Notes: generated by a model from the letters alone, not told the origin. DNA of 64,000 bases from Alphaproteobacteria bacterium (GCA_965227515.1 CBDDFZ010000001.1:1888001-1952000); one strand, 5' to 3'. Counted from the first letter of the stretch, positions 9,819-19,190 are shown. Program-made: numbers and translations.

Positions 9819-11138
9819 TTAGGTCTCCAGCTTGGAGCCGGTCTTGAGCAGGCCGGTGCCGGGGTTCTCCGGCTTCTTGAACGGCGTCTGCGCGACCTCG
9901 GCGTCCACCGGCGCGTCGGCGTAGGTCTTCGGCAACGTGACCGACAGTTGCGTGCCGATTTCGGCATAGCGCACCGGCACGAACGCAAAACCGATGTTGC
10001 AGCCTTGCGTCGGCGAGTACCACGCCGAGGTGATGTAGCCGACCAGCTCGTCGCCGTCGTGCACGTGGTAGAAGTCTGCCGGGTACCAGGTGATCGGCTT
10101 GCCGCCCATGCGCACGCCGACCAGCTTGTGGGTGACGCCTTCCTTCTGGATGCGGGCCAGTGCGGCCTTGCCGATAAAGTCGTCCTTGGTCAGGTCGACC
10201 TGCCAGCCGAACCCGACTTCGTAGGGGTTCATTTCCTCGTCGATGTCCTGCCCCCACGACAGGATGCCGGCCTCGATACGGCGGTGGTGGCCCGGCGCGA
10301 TGACCCGGATGTTGTGCTTCTTGCCGGCCTCCAGCACCGTGTCCCACATCTTCTCGGCGTTCTTGGTGGCGTCGCGCAGGTAGATCTCGTAGCCGGCCTC
10401 GGCGGAGAAGCCGGAGCAGGAGATCACCACCGGGCAGCCGGAGATCTGCGCCTTGCGCAGGTCGTAATAGGGCATGTCGGCCACGTCGTCGCCGAACAGG
10501 TCGCGCATCAGCGCCGTCGACTTCGGACCCTGGATCTGCACCGGCGCCACGTCGATCTCGCGGATCGTGACATCGAACTTTCCGGTCGCATTGACGCCCT
10601 TCAGATAGAGCCCGACGTCGCTGTCGGCGAGCGAGAACCAGAACTCGTCGTCCTCCGGGCGCAGCAGCACCGGGTCGTTGATGATGCCGCCGTCGGCATT
10701 GCACAGGATGACGTAGCGGCACTTGCCAGTCGGGCACTTCGAGGCCCGGCGGGTGACGACGAGGTCGACGAACTTCTCGGCGTCCGGTCCCTTGACCTGG
10801 ATCTGGCGCTCCACCGCCACGTTCCACATGGTCACGTGCTCGGTGAGGTATTCGTACTCCTTCATCAGGCCGCCGTCCTCGGGCCGGATGTAGGCGCGCG
10901 GGTGATAGACGTGATTGTAGACCTGATAGCACCAGGCGCCCTGTTCCTGGCTCAGGTGCCAGTAGGGGCCTTTGCGCAGGCGGCAGTCGATCAACAGCCG
11001 GCTGCCCTTGGCATCGATGCCTTCGTCGCCGTTGTCGCCGGACTGGCGAAGCTGGATCGGTACGTTGCGCTTCTTCAGGTTCGGGTTGTCGTAGATCGCC
11101 GCCGCGTTGTCGGCTGACAGTCGTCCGCTACCGGTCAT
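9819..11138 (-). CDS. Aminomethyltransferase, GcvT/DmdA superfamily (THF-dependent demethylase-like)
   Basis: WNVAVERQIQVKGPDA, GGIINDPVLLR, SGFSAEAGYEIY and RRIEAG motifs. Confidence 0.88.
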   Translation of the reverse strand: MTGSGRLSADNAAAIYDNPNLKKRNVPIQLRQSGDNGDEGIDAKGSRLLIDCRLRKGPYWHLSQEQGAWCYQVYNHVYHPRAYIRPEDGGLMKEYEYLTEHVTMWNVAVERQIQVKGPDAEKFVDLVVTRRASKCPTGKCRYVILCNADGGIINDPVLLRPEDDEFWFSLADSDVGLYLKGVNATGKFDVTIREIDVAPVQIQGPKSTALMRDLFGDDVADMPYYDLRKAQISGCPVVISCSGFSAEAGYEIYLRDATKNAEKMWDTVLEAGKKHNIRVIAPGHHRRIEAGILSWGQDIDEEMNPYEVGFGWQVDLTKDDFIGKAALARIQKEGVTHKLVGVRMGGKPITWYPADFYHVHDGDELVGYITSAWYSPTQGCNIGFAFVPVRYAEIGTQLSVTLPKTYADAPVDAEVAQTPFKKPENPGTGLLKTGSKLET

Positions 11139-11389
11139 GCCATCGTCCTCCCATCGCGGCCGTCGCAGGGCGCGACACCGCCGTGCATGCATGCCGCGCT
11201 CATAGCGCTTTGCGGCGATGGCATGCTGGCCTGTTTGCGACGCCGAAATGTCTGGTTGCGGCAGGTTGTCTCAGTGCGACATGCAGGGCGCGTCGCGACC
11301 CAAATGCGGAAATCGGGTTGCCTTGACCGGCCGCCTTCGCTTATCAGCCGGGCAGCCCCATATGTGCGGGGCAACTGGGAGACAGTCTG

Positions 11390-12304
11390 ATGGCGAGCAA
11401 GGTTTTCATCGACGGCGACGTGGGCACGGTGGGGTTGCAGATTCGCGACCGCCTGGTCCGCCGCGATGATATCGAGCTTGTCAGCATCGACAGCGCGCGC
11501 CGCAAGGAGTTGGACGCCCGGCTGGCCGCCTTTGCCGAGGCCGACGTGGCGATCCTGTGCCTGCCCGATGCGGCGGTGCGCGAGGTGATGCCCCACATCG
11601 GCGGTCTCGCCACCCGGTTCATCGACGCGTCGACCGCCAACCGGGTCAATCCGGACTGGGTGTTCGGCTTCCCGGAGATGGAGCCCGGTCACCGCGAGGC
11701 GATTGCCGCGGCCCGCTATGTGACCAACCCGGGGTGCTGGTCGACGTGCTCGATCGCGCTGATCCGGCCGCTGGTCAAGGCCGGCCTGATCGACCCCGAC
11801 AACCCGCCGGCGGTCTCTGGCGTCTCCGGCTACACCGGTGGCGGCAAGAGCATGATCGAGGAGTTCGAGAGCGGTGCGGTGACCGGCTCGTTCCTCTATG
11901 GCACCGCCCAGGCCCACAAGCACCTGCCGGAGATGCGCCACTACGGGCTGCTCAACCGCAACCCGGTGTTCGTGCCGTCGGTCGGGCAGTACGCCCAGGG
12001 CATGGCGGTCGCGGTGGAGGTGGCGCTCGACGGCGATGGCATCGCGGCGGCGGAGGCGGCGTTGCACGACGCCTACGACGGCACACACTTCGTGTCGGTG
12101 GTGCCGGCCGAGACCCATATGCCGCGCGTCTATCCCGAGCGCCTGAACGGCACCAATCGCCTGGAGCTGTCGGTCAACGGCAACCCGGACACCGGCTGCG
12201 CGACCCTGGTCGGCATCGTCGACAATCTGGGCAAGGGCGCGTCGGGCGCCTCGGTGCAGTGCCTGAACATCATGCTGGGCCTGGACGAGGCGACCGGGTT
12301 GTAA
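11390..12304 (+). CDS. argC: N-acetyl-gamma-glutamyl-phosphate reductase (type 2)
   Basis: KVFIDGDVGTVGLQI, NPGCWST, GVSGYTGGGK, DNLGKGASGA. Confidence 0.95.
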   Translation: MASKVFIDGDVGTVGLQIRDRLVRRDDIELVSIDSARRKELDARLAAFAEADVAILCLPDAAVREVMPHIGGLATRFIDASTANRVNPDWVFGFPEMEPGHREAIAAARYVTNPGCWSTCSIALIRPLVKAGLIDPDNPPAVSGVSGYTGGGKSMIEEFESGAVTGSFLYGTAQAHKHLPEMRHYGLLNRNPVFVPSVGQYAQGMAVAVEVALDGDGIAAAEAALHDAYDGTHFVSVVPAETHMPRVYPERLNGTNRLELSVNGNPDTGCATLVGIVDNLGKGASGASVQCLNIMLGLDEATGL

Positions 12305-12307
12305 GCC

Positions 12308-12769
12308 TTAGCCTGACGGCTTGATCAGCTTGGCGAGCAGGGCCGACAGGTCCGCTGACTCGCGGGCGGTGAGCTGCGTGCCGATGGTGGCCTCCAGGGC
12401 TGCGGCATAGACCGGCCACATGCGCTCGCGGATGTGCCTGCCGGCCTCGGTGATTGCGAAGACCTGCCCGCGGCCATCCTCGCTGCATGGGGTGCGGCGC
12501 ACGTATCCGGCGTCCTCCAGCCGGGCCAGCAGGCGCGACAGCCCGTATTGCGGCAGCAGCAGATGATCCTGCAGCACGTTCGGCCGCAGGCCGTCGTCGC
12601 CGGCGCGTTCCAGTTCCAATAGCGCGTCATACCAGGCGAGCGGCGGCAGGTCGGCCGCCTTCAGGTCGCCCTCGACCTGGCTGATCGCCCGATGGTGCGC
12701 ACGCACCAACCTGGCCCATGTCTTCAAGGTTGTCTTAGAGGGGCTCGCTTTGAGCGGCGTGTCGGTCAT
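12308..12769 (-). CDS. MarR family transcriptional regulator
   Basis: WYDALLEL...LSRLLARLEDAGYVRR...EDGRG winged helix. Confidence 0.92.
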   Translation of the reverse strand: MTDTPLKASPSKTTLKTWARLVRAHHRAISQVEGDLKAADLPPLAWYDALLELERAGDDGLRPNVLQDHLLLPQYGLSRLLARLEDAGYVRRTPCSEDGRGQVFAITEAGRHIRERMWPVYAAALEATIGTQLTARESADLSALLAKLIKPSG

Positions 12770-12789
12770 GTGTGCCAAAGATCACATCC

Positions 12790-12850
12790 ATGCAGTTGCA
12801 TCAACCTTGACAATTAAATGCACTTGCATAGATGTTGAATGCAAATGCAT
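12790..12850. promoter_or_regulatory. Three ATGCA-N2-TGCAT palindromes (likely MarR operators) around a TTGACA -35 box
   Basis: Palindromes at 12790-12801, 12818-12829 and 12839-12850; TTGACA at 12807-12812, between divergent marR and doxX. Confidence 0.75.
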
Positions 12851-12871
12851 CTAAATCAAGGAGGCACGTCG

Positions 12872-13321
12872 ATGCCGCAGTCCCAACTCAACGCCTATGC
12901 CGCGACCCTGCTTCGGGTGTCGCTCGGCGTCATGTTCATCGCCCATAGCTGGTACCTGAAGCTGGTGGTCTTCACGCTGCCGGGCACGGCGGCGTTCTTC
13001 GAGTCCATCGGCCTGCCGGGCTGGTTCGCCTACGTGGTGTTCGCGGCGGAGGCCGGCGGCGGCATCCTGCTGGTGCTCGGCGTCCAGACTCGCTGGGTGG
13101 CCCTGGCGCTGGTGCCGGTGCTGATCGGGGCGACATGGACCCATTGGGGTAATGGCTGGATGTTCGGCTACGAGAACGGCGGCTGGGAATACCCGCTCTA
13201 CCTGACCGTGCTGGCGGTCGCCCAAGTGCTGCTCGGCGACGGACGCTGGGCATTGATGCCATCCCGCCCGCTGAGCGCGCTGTTGCGTCTGCGACCTAAC
13301 GCAGCCCGCGCCCAGGCATAG
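12872..13321 (+). CDS. DoxX family membrane protein
   Basis: LLRVSLGVMFIAH...FFESIGLPG...GGWEYP; AGGAGG RBS. Confidence 0.92.
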   Translation: MPQSQLNAYAATLLRVSLGVMFIAHSWYLKLVVFTLPGTAAFFESIGLPGWFAYVVFAAEAGGGILLVLGVQTRWVALALVPVLIGATWTHWGNGWMFGYENGGWEYPLYLTVLAVAQVLLGDGRWALMPSRPLSALLRLRPNAARAQA

Positions 13322-13364
13322 ACGCGGTCACGCTCGGAAATTTCAGGGCCCGGTTCGCCGGGCC

Positions 13365-13874
13365 TCACCCGAAGACGATCTGGTCCGAACCCGCCACGGT
13401 CACCCGGCCATCGCCGGCGGGGAAGTCGGACAGGATCTGGTTGTGGTGCTCGATCACCTTTTCCGCCGACAGGTAGTCGCGGTCGAAGGTGGAGTGCGCG
13501 TCGGACACCAGCGTCACTTGATAGCCGAGGGCTGCCGCACGCCGGCAGGTGGTGTCGACGCAGAAGTCGGTATGCAGGCCGCAGACCACCAGGCGGCCGA
13601 TGCCGTGCTCGGCCAAGGTGGCCCGGAGGCCGGTCTCCAGAAACGCATCGCAATAGTGCTTGACGATATGGGCGTCGCCGGCCGACGGGCTCAACTCCCC
13701 AACCAGCGTGCCATCGGGTTCGACCCGGCTGTCGGTGACGTAGACGATCGGCACGCCCGCACGCCGGGCCGCCTGTTCCAGGGCGACCACCTGCGCCAGA
13801 ACGCGTTCAGGCTGCCAGGTTTCGTCCCACAGCAGGCTCTTTTGCATATCGATGATGATCAGCGCGGCCGTCAT
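13365..13874 (-). CDS. Cysteine hydrolase / isochorismatase family
   Basis: ALIIIDMQ, K-x3-AF, GLHTDFCVDTT triad. Confidence 0.9.
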   Translation of the reverse strand: MTAALIIIDMQKSLLWDETWQPERVLAQVVALEQAARRAGVPIVYVTDSRVEPDGTLVGELSPSAGDAHIVKHYCDAFLETGLRATLAEHGIGRLVVCGLHTDFCVDTTCRRAAALGYQVTLVSDAHSTFDRDYLSAEKVIEHHNQILSDFPAGDGRVTVAGSDQIVFG

Positions 13875-13886
13875 CCGCTGTTCCTT

Positions 13887-14321
13887 TCAGTCGACGCAGG
13901 CAGCATAGCGCGCGCGGAAATCGGCGGCGACGTCCGACAGGCGCACTTCGCCGAACCGGTCCAGCAGCATCCGTGCGGCATCGTCGCGGGCCTGCCGCAT
14001 GGCGTCGTTGACGGCCTGCTCGACCAGGCATTTCGGCGCCTCGTTGGCGAGACCGAAGGCGAACAGCTCCGGCTCGCCCAGCGCGCCGTACACATCCAGC
14101 AGCGTGATCGCCGACAGCGGACGCGACAGGGTCCAGCCGCCGCCCTGGCCGCGCCCGGCGCGCACGAACCCGCCCTCGCGCAGGCCGGCCATAATGCGCC
14201 GGACCAGCGCCGGGTTGGCACCCAGCATGCCGGCAATCGTCTCCGAGGTGATCGGGCCGTCGGCGTCGTCCATGTGCAGCAGCACATGGAGCAGCCGCGA
14301 CAGCCGCGTGTCCTGGCGCAT
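13887..14321 (-). CDS. Rrf2 family transcriptional regulator
   Basis: LSRLLHVLLH, NPALVRR, GQGGGW, ITLLDVY, CLVEQAV. Confidence 0.92.
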   Translation of the reverse strand: MRQDTRLSRLLHVLLHMDDADGPITSETIAGMLGANPALVRRIMAGLREGGFVRAGRGQGGGWTLSRPLSAITLLDVYGALGEPELFAFGLANEAPKCLVEQAVNDAMRQARDDAARMLLDRFGEVRLSDVAADFRARYAACVD

Positions 14322-14458
14322 GAGCGCGCTCCCGCATAGCCCGAAGGCTATGCCTATCCGATCAATTGAAACTTATGAAGTGACAAATTGCTTGATCTGC
14401 TTGCTATCAATCGTTACATCGAAAGTTACGATATAGATGCAACGAAAGGTAACGCAAC

Positions 14459-15088
14459 ATGATCGACGCAGACGCGTTGTCCGAGCAGGAATTCTGGGAG
14501 GACGTCTACCGCACCCGCCGCACCAGTTCGACCGGCAAGCCGAGCGCGCGGCTGGTCGAGTACGCCGATGGCCTGGCCCCGGGCAGCGCGCTCGATCTGG
14601 GGTGCTCACACGGCGACGATGTGCTGTGGCTCGCCAGGCGCGGCTGGCAAGTGCTGGGCGTCGACATCTCGGAAACGGCATTGGCGCGGGCGCGCAAGGC
14701 CGCGGCGGCAGCCGGGCTGGAGGACCGGGCGCGGTTCGCGCAGGTCAACCTGTCGGAACGTTTTCCCGAGGGCACGTTCGACCTGGTGACGGCGTTCTTC
14801 GTGCACTCGAAATCGGACTTCAAGGGCGAGGCGATGCTGCACCGCGCGGCCCGTGCCGTCGCCACCGGCGGCACCCTGCTGATCGTCTCGCACGCCAGCG
14901 TCGCGCCGTGGTCGTGGTCGGACCCGGACACAGTGTTCCCGACGGCGGAAGAGACCGTGGCAGCACTCGACCTCGACGAGAGCGAATGGACCCGCGTGTT
15001 CGTCGGCGATCCGGAGCGCACCGCGACGGGGCCGGAGGGCCAGAGCGCCACCATCAAGGATGCGGTGGTCGTGTTGCGCCGCAAATAA
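14459..15088 (+). CDS. Class I SAM-dependent methyltransferase
   Basis: ALDLGCSHGDD motif I, GVDIS, FDLV; divergent from Rrf2. Confidence 0.9.
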   Translation: MIDADALSEQEFWEDVYRTRRTSSTGKPSARLVEYADGLAPGSALDLGCSHGDDVLWLARRGWQVLGVDISETALARARKAAAAAGLEDRARFAQVNLSERFPEGTFDLVTAFFVHSKSDFKGEAMLHRAARAVATGGTLLIVSHASVAPWSWSDPDTVFPTAEETVAALDLDESEWTRVFVGDPERTATGPEGQSATIKDAVVVLRRK

Positions 15089-15099
15089 CGCCGTGCCCG

Positions 15100-15498
15100 C
15101 TAGAACCACATGTCCTTCACGCGCCGGTGGTCGAAGGGCAGGTCATCGAACGTGTCGAGCCCGTCGAAATGGCGGATCGGCAGGTCGGCGATCCGGTCCG
15201 GGTCGTCGGCCAGCCGCAGATTGACCGCGATCCGCCGCCGGCCGTCCGCGCCCGGCTGGAGCGCGCGCCAATAGGCGACGCAACCGCATGTGGTGCAGAA
15301 ATGGAAGCCGATGCCGGGTTCGTCGCCCCAGCTATACGCCTCGGTCGGGCCGGTCACGGTGACGCCTTCGCCCTCGTAGTCATAGGCCCACAGCACGCCA
15401 TAGCGGCGGCAGACCGTGCAGTTGCACGCCGTGGTGTGTTCCGGCAGGCCGTCGAAGCGCCAGGAAACGGCACCGCAGTGACAGGATCCGGTGATCAC
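15100..15498 (-). CDS. GFA family (Mss4-like zinc) protein
   Basis: GSCHCGAV, CNCTVCRR, FCTTCGC; GTG start overlaps upstream stop. Confidence 0.9.
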   Translation of the reverse strand: MITGSCHCGAVSWRFDGLPEHTTACNCTVCRRYGVLWAYDYEGEGVTVTGPTEAYSWGDEPGIGFHFCTTCGCVAYWRALQPGADGRRRIAVNLRLADDPDRIADLPIRHFDGLDTFDDLPFDHRRVKDMWF

Positions 15499-16229
15499 GT
15501 CCGCATCTCCCCTTCTTCCGAAATAGCTGCCCCAGTTCTCTGCCCCAGCGCAGCCAGCGCGTCGGCGTAGTCGTCGACCGCTGCCGTGCCCTTCGGGGTC
15601 AACGCATAGATGCCGGTGGCGACCCGCTCGAACCAGCCATAGTGGTCGTCGGCCATCAGCCGGCGGGCGCGCGCGGTGCCGGTGGCGCCGGCGACAATGG
15701 CCGCCTTGGTGGGGCCATGGGCGTGCAGATAGGCGACGCACCTGAGCGCGTCCTGGCGATAGGCGGTCATCAGCTCGCGCCGCGTCGCACCTCCTGTGTT
15801 CGGATCGCCGACGCGCCGTGCGAACTCCAACAGCAATCGGCTGCGCCGGCCTTTCATCTGCCGCGGGCGATAGGGCGCCGGGTCGCAGTGGACCTCGACC
15901 GTTCCGTCTTCCAGCCGCACTGTTATTAAGCCGAGGCCGAGTCGGCGGCAGAGCCGGAGGTTGGCGCGCAACGCCTGCAGGAAACCGCGCCCGCTGCCGC
16001 GCGGCACCGCCACATAGACCGCATCGGCCATGCGCTGCCGCTCGATCGCCTGGTGGAACAGCGACAGCGCGAAGCGGGTCTTCAGCTCCACGATAACCGG
16101 TTGGTCCGGTTCGTCCCGGCGCACCGCAACCACGTCGGCGGCGCCGACCTCGCTTTTGACCTCATAGCCCTGGCCTTCCAGCAGGCGCTTGACGGGCGGA
16201 TAGAGATCGGTCTCGCGCAACTCGGCCAT
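15495..16229 (-). CDS. DUF2161 family putative PD-(D/E)XK protein
   Basis: RETDLYPPVK..LEGQGYEVKSEV, VELK, MTAYRQDALR, NHYGWF-like DHYGWFER. Confidence 0.85.
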   Translation of the reverse strand: MAELRETDLYPPVKRLLEGQGYEVKSEVGAADVVAVRRDEPDQPVIVELKTRFALSLFHQAIERQRMADAVYVAVPRGSGRGFLQALRANLRLCRRLGLGLITVRLEDGTVEVHCDPAPYRPRQMKGRRSRLLLEFARRVGDPNTGGATRRELMTAYRQDALRCVAYLHAHGPTKAAIVAGATGTARARRLMADDHYGWFERVATGIYALTPKGTAAVDDYADALAALGQRTGAAISEEGEMRT

Positions 16230-16337
16230 GCCCCCGCATAGCGCGGCAGGCCCCGAGTCGCCAAGCAGCCACGGTTTGCAGCGTCGGCGGTCTGCGCTAT
16301 GACCGTGCTCCCACAGCACCACCAACAAGGTTCCGCC

Positions 16338-17282
16338 ATGCCCAAATTCGATGCCGTCTTCGTCGGCCTGACCATCCTCGACATTGCCGGCCGGCCGGTG
16401 GAAGCGGTGCCGGAGGGCGGCGGCGTCGCCTTCATCGACGAGATCCGCATGAACCCGGCCGGCACCGCCGCCGGGGCCGTGATGAACGCGGCCAAGCTGG
16501 GGCTGAACACCGCCACCGTCGCCTGCGTGGGTGAGGACGCGATGGGCGACTACATCTTCGACGCCTATGGCCGCATGGGCATCGACACCTCGATGATGAG
16601 CCGCAGCGCGGCCTCGCGCACCTCGGCCACCATCCTGCCGATCCGCCCCAATGGCGAGCGCCCGGCGCTGCACAGCCGCGGCGCCTCCGACGACCTGTTC
16701 ATCGAGGAGGCCGCGTTCGACGACGTGTGCGACGCCCGCTTCCTGCACCATGGCGGCACCGGCCTGCTGAACGCGATGGACCAGGGGCAGAGCGCCAAGC
16801 TGCTGGCCCACGCCAAAGCGAAGGGGCTGACCGTCAGCCTGGACCTGATCGCCCCCAACGACGGCACCATGGCGCTGCTGGCCGGCCTGCTGCCCCATGT
16901 CGACTATTTCATGCCCTCCATGGAGGAGGCCGAATTCCTGTCAGGCGAGACCGAGCCGGAGCGGGTGGCGGCCGCGTTCCTGGACCTGGGCGCGGGGGCC
17001 TGTGTGCTGAAATGGGGCGCCAACGGCTCGTTCGTCCACACCGGGGCCGAGCACTTCCGCGTGCCGGCGTTCAAGGTGGCGGTGTCGGACACCACCGGCT
17101 GCGGCGATGCCTATTGCGGCGGCTTCATCGCCGGGCTGGCCAAGGGCATGGACTTGGCCGAGGCGTGCCGGCTCGGCACCGCCACATCGGGCCTGGTTGC
17201 GACCGGCCTCGGCTCCGACGCCGGCGTGGTGGACCTGGCGACGACGCTGAAGTTCATGGAAACGGCGGAGGTGCTGGACTGA
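16338..17282 (+). CDS. PfkB/ribokinase family carbohydrate kinase
   Basis: AGTAAG N-terminal motif; DTTGCGDAYCGG signature. Confidence 0.92.
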   Translation: MPKFDAVFVGLTILDIAGRPVEAVPEGGGVAFIDEIRMNPAGTAAGAVMNAAKLGLNTATVACVGEDAMGDYIFDAYGRMGIDTSMMSRSAASRTSATILPIRPNGERPALHSRGASDDLFIEEAAFDDVCDARFLHHGGTGLLNAMDQGQSAKLLAHAKAKGLTVSLDLIAPNDGTMALLAGLLPHVDYFMPSMEEAEFLSGETEPERVAAAFLDLGAGACVLKWGANGSFVHTGAEHFRVPAFKVAVSDTTGCGDAYCGGFIAGLAKGMDLAEACRLGTATSGLVATGLGSDAGVVDLATTLKFMETAEVLD

Positions 17283-17306
17283 CCGCCGGGCGGCGAGGTG
17301 GCAGTT

Positions 17307-17739
17307 ATGATCGCCAGATTTGCGGTTGTCGTGCTCCTGCTGGCCGGCGGCGCCATGGGCGGTGGCGACGCGTTCGCGCAAGATCTGCCCGGCCCCAGCG
17401 CGTACGCCGTAGTGCGATATGAGTTGGCCAATCCAGATGGCAGCCGTTTCGGCGTGCTGCGCCACGACCGCAATCTGACCTGGCTGCTGGAGGCCGAAGG
17501 CGGGTTGCCCGAGGGTCTGCCGGACGACCTTCCCGCCGCCTGGCAGCAGATCCACATCGACGACGAGATGGTGCTGCTGCAAGCCCTGGACTGGCCCGGC
17601 GGCGGCCCGACCCCGCTGATGTTCGCGAACGCGCGCGCCCTGTCGGTGGAGATCGAGATGGTCACGCCCCACGGGCAACCGCCCCCGCGACGAGGGCGAC
17701 CGCGTCGCCTATGTGTTCGAGGTGGTGGCGACGGAGTAA
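17307..17739 (+). pseudogene. Secreted hypothetical protein with apparent +1 frameshift at CCCC 17667-17670
   Basis: Signal peptide ending AFA-Q; host-like codons continue in another frame (TGNRPRDEGDRVAYVFEVVATE, TAA 17737-17739). Confidence 0.55.
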
Positions 17740-17775
17740 CTGAGCGCCCGTACTGCCCTGCCGGCGGCCCGACCG

Positions 17776-18147
17776 TCAGGGGCCGGTGATCTCGGCGAAT
17801 TCCGGGCTCATGGTCATTGAATCGGTGACCGTCACCGCCCCGCCGCACATGTCGACCATGTCGACAGCGCTGGCGTAGCCGGCGTCGTAGACCACCCACA
17901 CATCGAACAGGCACTGGCTGTCCGCGCGCTCGAACTGGAGATTGGCCGCGGCGCCGGGCGCGATCGTGGCGCCGCGCAGCATCTCCGCGCCCCAGACGGG
18001 CTGGTCGCTGGGCCTGACGTAGATTTGTGCGACGGCGTAGCTGCCGTCGTTCGAGAACGTCAGCACGCTGGTGGCGGCGTGGGCAGTCGAGATAGCGGGC
18101 AGCGCCGCGCCGATGGTGAGCGCGACGGCTGCCAATGTGCGGTTCAT
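17776..18147 (-). CDS. Small secreted protein with a Cys pair
   Basis: Signal peptide ending AHA; YVRPSD..WG..ML..TIAPG...CLFD...DMC; GAGGAG RBS. Confidence 0.8.
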   Translation of the reverse strand: MNRTLAAVALTIGAALPAISTAHAATSVLTFSNDGSYAVAQIYVRPSDQPVWGAEMLRGATIAPGAAANLQFERADSQCLFDVWVVYDAGYASAVDMVDMCGGAVTVTDSMTMSPEFAEITGP

Positions 18148-18326
18148 AATGATGCTCCTCCGGGTGAGGCGGGCCGGCCGATCTGGAACGAGTGATCCGA
18201 ACAGGTTGTTCGGGAGGCGCGTCTGGCGGCCCGGTGAGCTGGGCGCGGACTGGCCCAGGCGAGGGCGTCCACAGTGACAGCCCTTACGCATCCGATACAG
18301 CTGAAACCGCCCAGCCCTGGTTTTTG

Positions 18327-18376
18327 TGTCAGAAACATCCCTATTTTCTGACATATACAAATCCTTATGTCAGAAA
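18327..18376. repeat. Three alternating-orientation TGTCAGAAA motifs
   Basis: 18327-18335 (+), 18345-18353 (-), 18368-18376 (+); related GTCAGAAAC at 18678-18686. Confidence 0.7.
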
Positions 18377-18395
18377 CGCGCCTTTGCGCCTGCGA

Positions 18396-18655
18396 CTACC
18401 GTCGGAATAGGGCGATATAGTCCTCGAACAGGAACAGGCGGTTTCGCCGCTGCCCGGTCAGTTCCCGCAGCACGCTGAGCGCGACGAAATCCGAGATCAG
18501 CGCCGATGCCGTGTTCTGGGTGGTGCCGATGAGTGCGGCCACCGCCTTCACGCTGACGATCGGCCGCGCATACAGATGTTGCATCAGCATGAGCGCGTTG
18601 TCCTGCCGGCGGACGCTGAACCGCGGCAGCACATCGCGCTCGATGGCCTGCCTAA
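18396..18655 (-). pseudogene. 3' remnant of a Fic family gene (C-terminal winged helix only)
   Basis: LYARPIVSV....IGTTQNTASALI..F....LRELTGQRRNRLFLFEDYIALF; no HPFxDGNGR motif; 5' part replaced by AT-rich DNA. Confidence 0.75.
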
Positions 18656-18775
18656 GGCGCGGGCGAGCAAAGAACAAGTCAGAAACACGTGACGAGAGTG
18701 GCGCGTCGCACGCGCGACGGTATTTAGATTGACTAAACGTCAAACAAGCTCCGTCCTAAGAAGTATAATTGCGTA

Positions 18776-19066
18776 TCATGTTCGAAATAGATCGAAGGTA
18801 TGTTTATCACGTGGCGCCCGTACCCTGTCAAAACATGGATGTTTTGTTTTCGTCCAACCAATATTTCCATTAAAATGACACCAGCCACCATTCGGCATAT
18901 TAACGCTGAGAATTCGGTCGCCGCACATGGGACACAGGTGCCGATAGCTTTTCGATTTTTCTCCATCTCCGACATTAATCAAAGCCCATGAATCGCGCAC
19001 CTGAACACTGCGACCTGACTTTAGGTGTCGCACATGCCGCCTCCGCTTGATCCATTCGTAGGTCAT
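18776..19066 (-). CDS. Small basic hypothetical protein, possibly Zn-binding
   Basis: 96 aa, CPMC...H...HPC; AAGGA upstream; ends TFDLFRT. Confidence 0.6.
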   Translation of the reverse strand: MTYEWIKRRRHVRHLKSGRSVQVRDSWALINVGDGEKSKSYRHLCPMCGDRILSVNMPNGGWCHFNGNIGWTKTKHPCFDRVRAPRDKHTFDLFRT

Positions 19067-19175
19067 AGGTGTTGTGTCCTTTCTTCACTTAGACGATTTA
19101 TTTGCATAGGTCGAGCCCTCCGTCGATGCGTTGCTTCCGGCTCGTGCGCAAGTTATTTTTGAGCCCACCTTGAGC

Positions 19176-19190
19176 GTTCGTTACGGGTTC
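19176..19190 (+). promoter_or_regulatory. Putative alphaproteobacterial LexA box
   Basis: GTTC-GTTACGG-GTTC (GTTC-N7-GTTC) in the divergent intergenic region. Confidence 0.45.

Noticed and set aside
9819-11138. Naming the gene gcvT or dmdA
   Set aside because: Only superfamily motifs are evident; there are no gcvH/gcvP neighbours and no phylogeny was run.
14368-14460. GTTAC/GTAAC-like motifs as a defined Rrf2 operator
   Set aside because: Plausible, but too degenerate to delimit by eye.
15495-16898. 467-aa ORF as a fusion protein
   Set aside because: The N-terminal half is antisense to the PfkB kinase; the real DUF2161 gene starts at 16229. Similar false extensions were trimmed for SRAP, ccmA, the SLT gene and the MNT gene.
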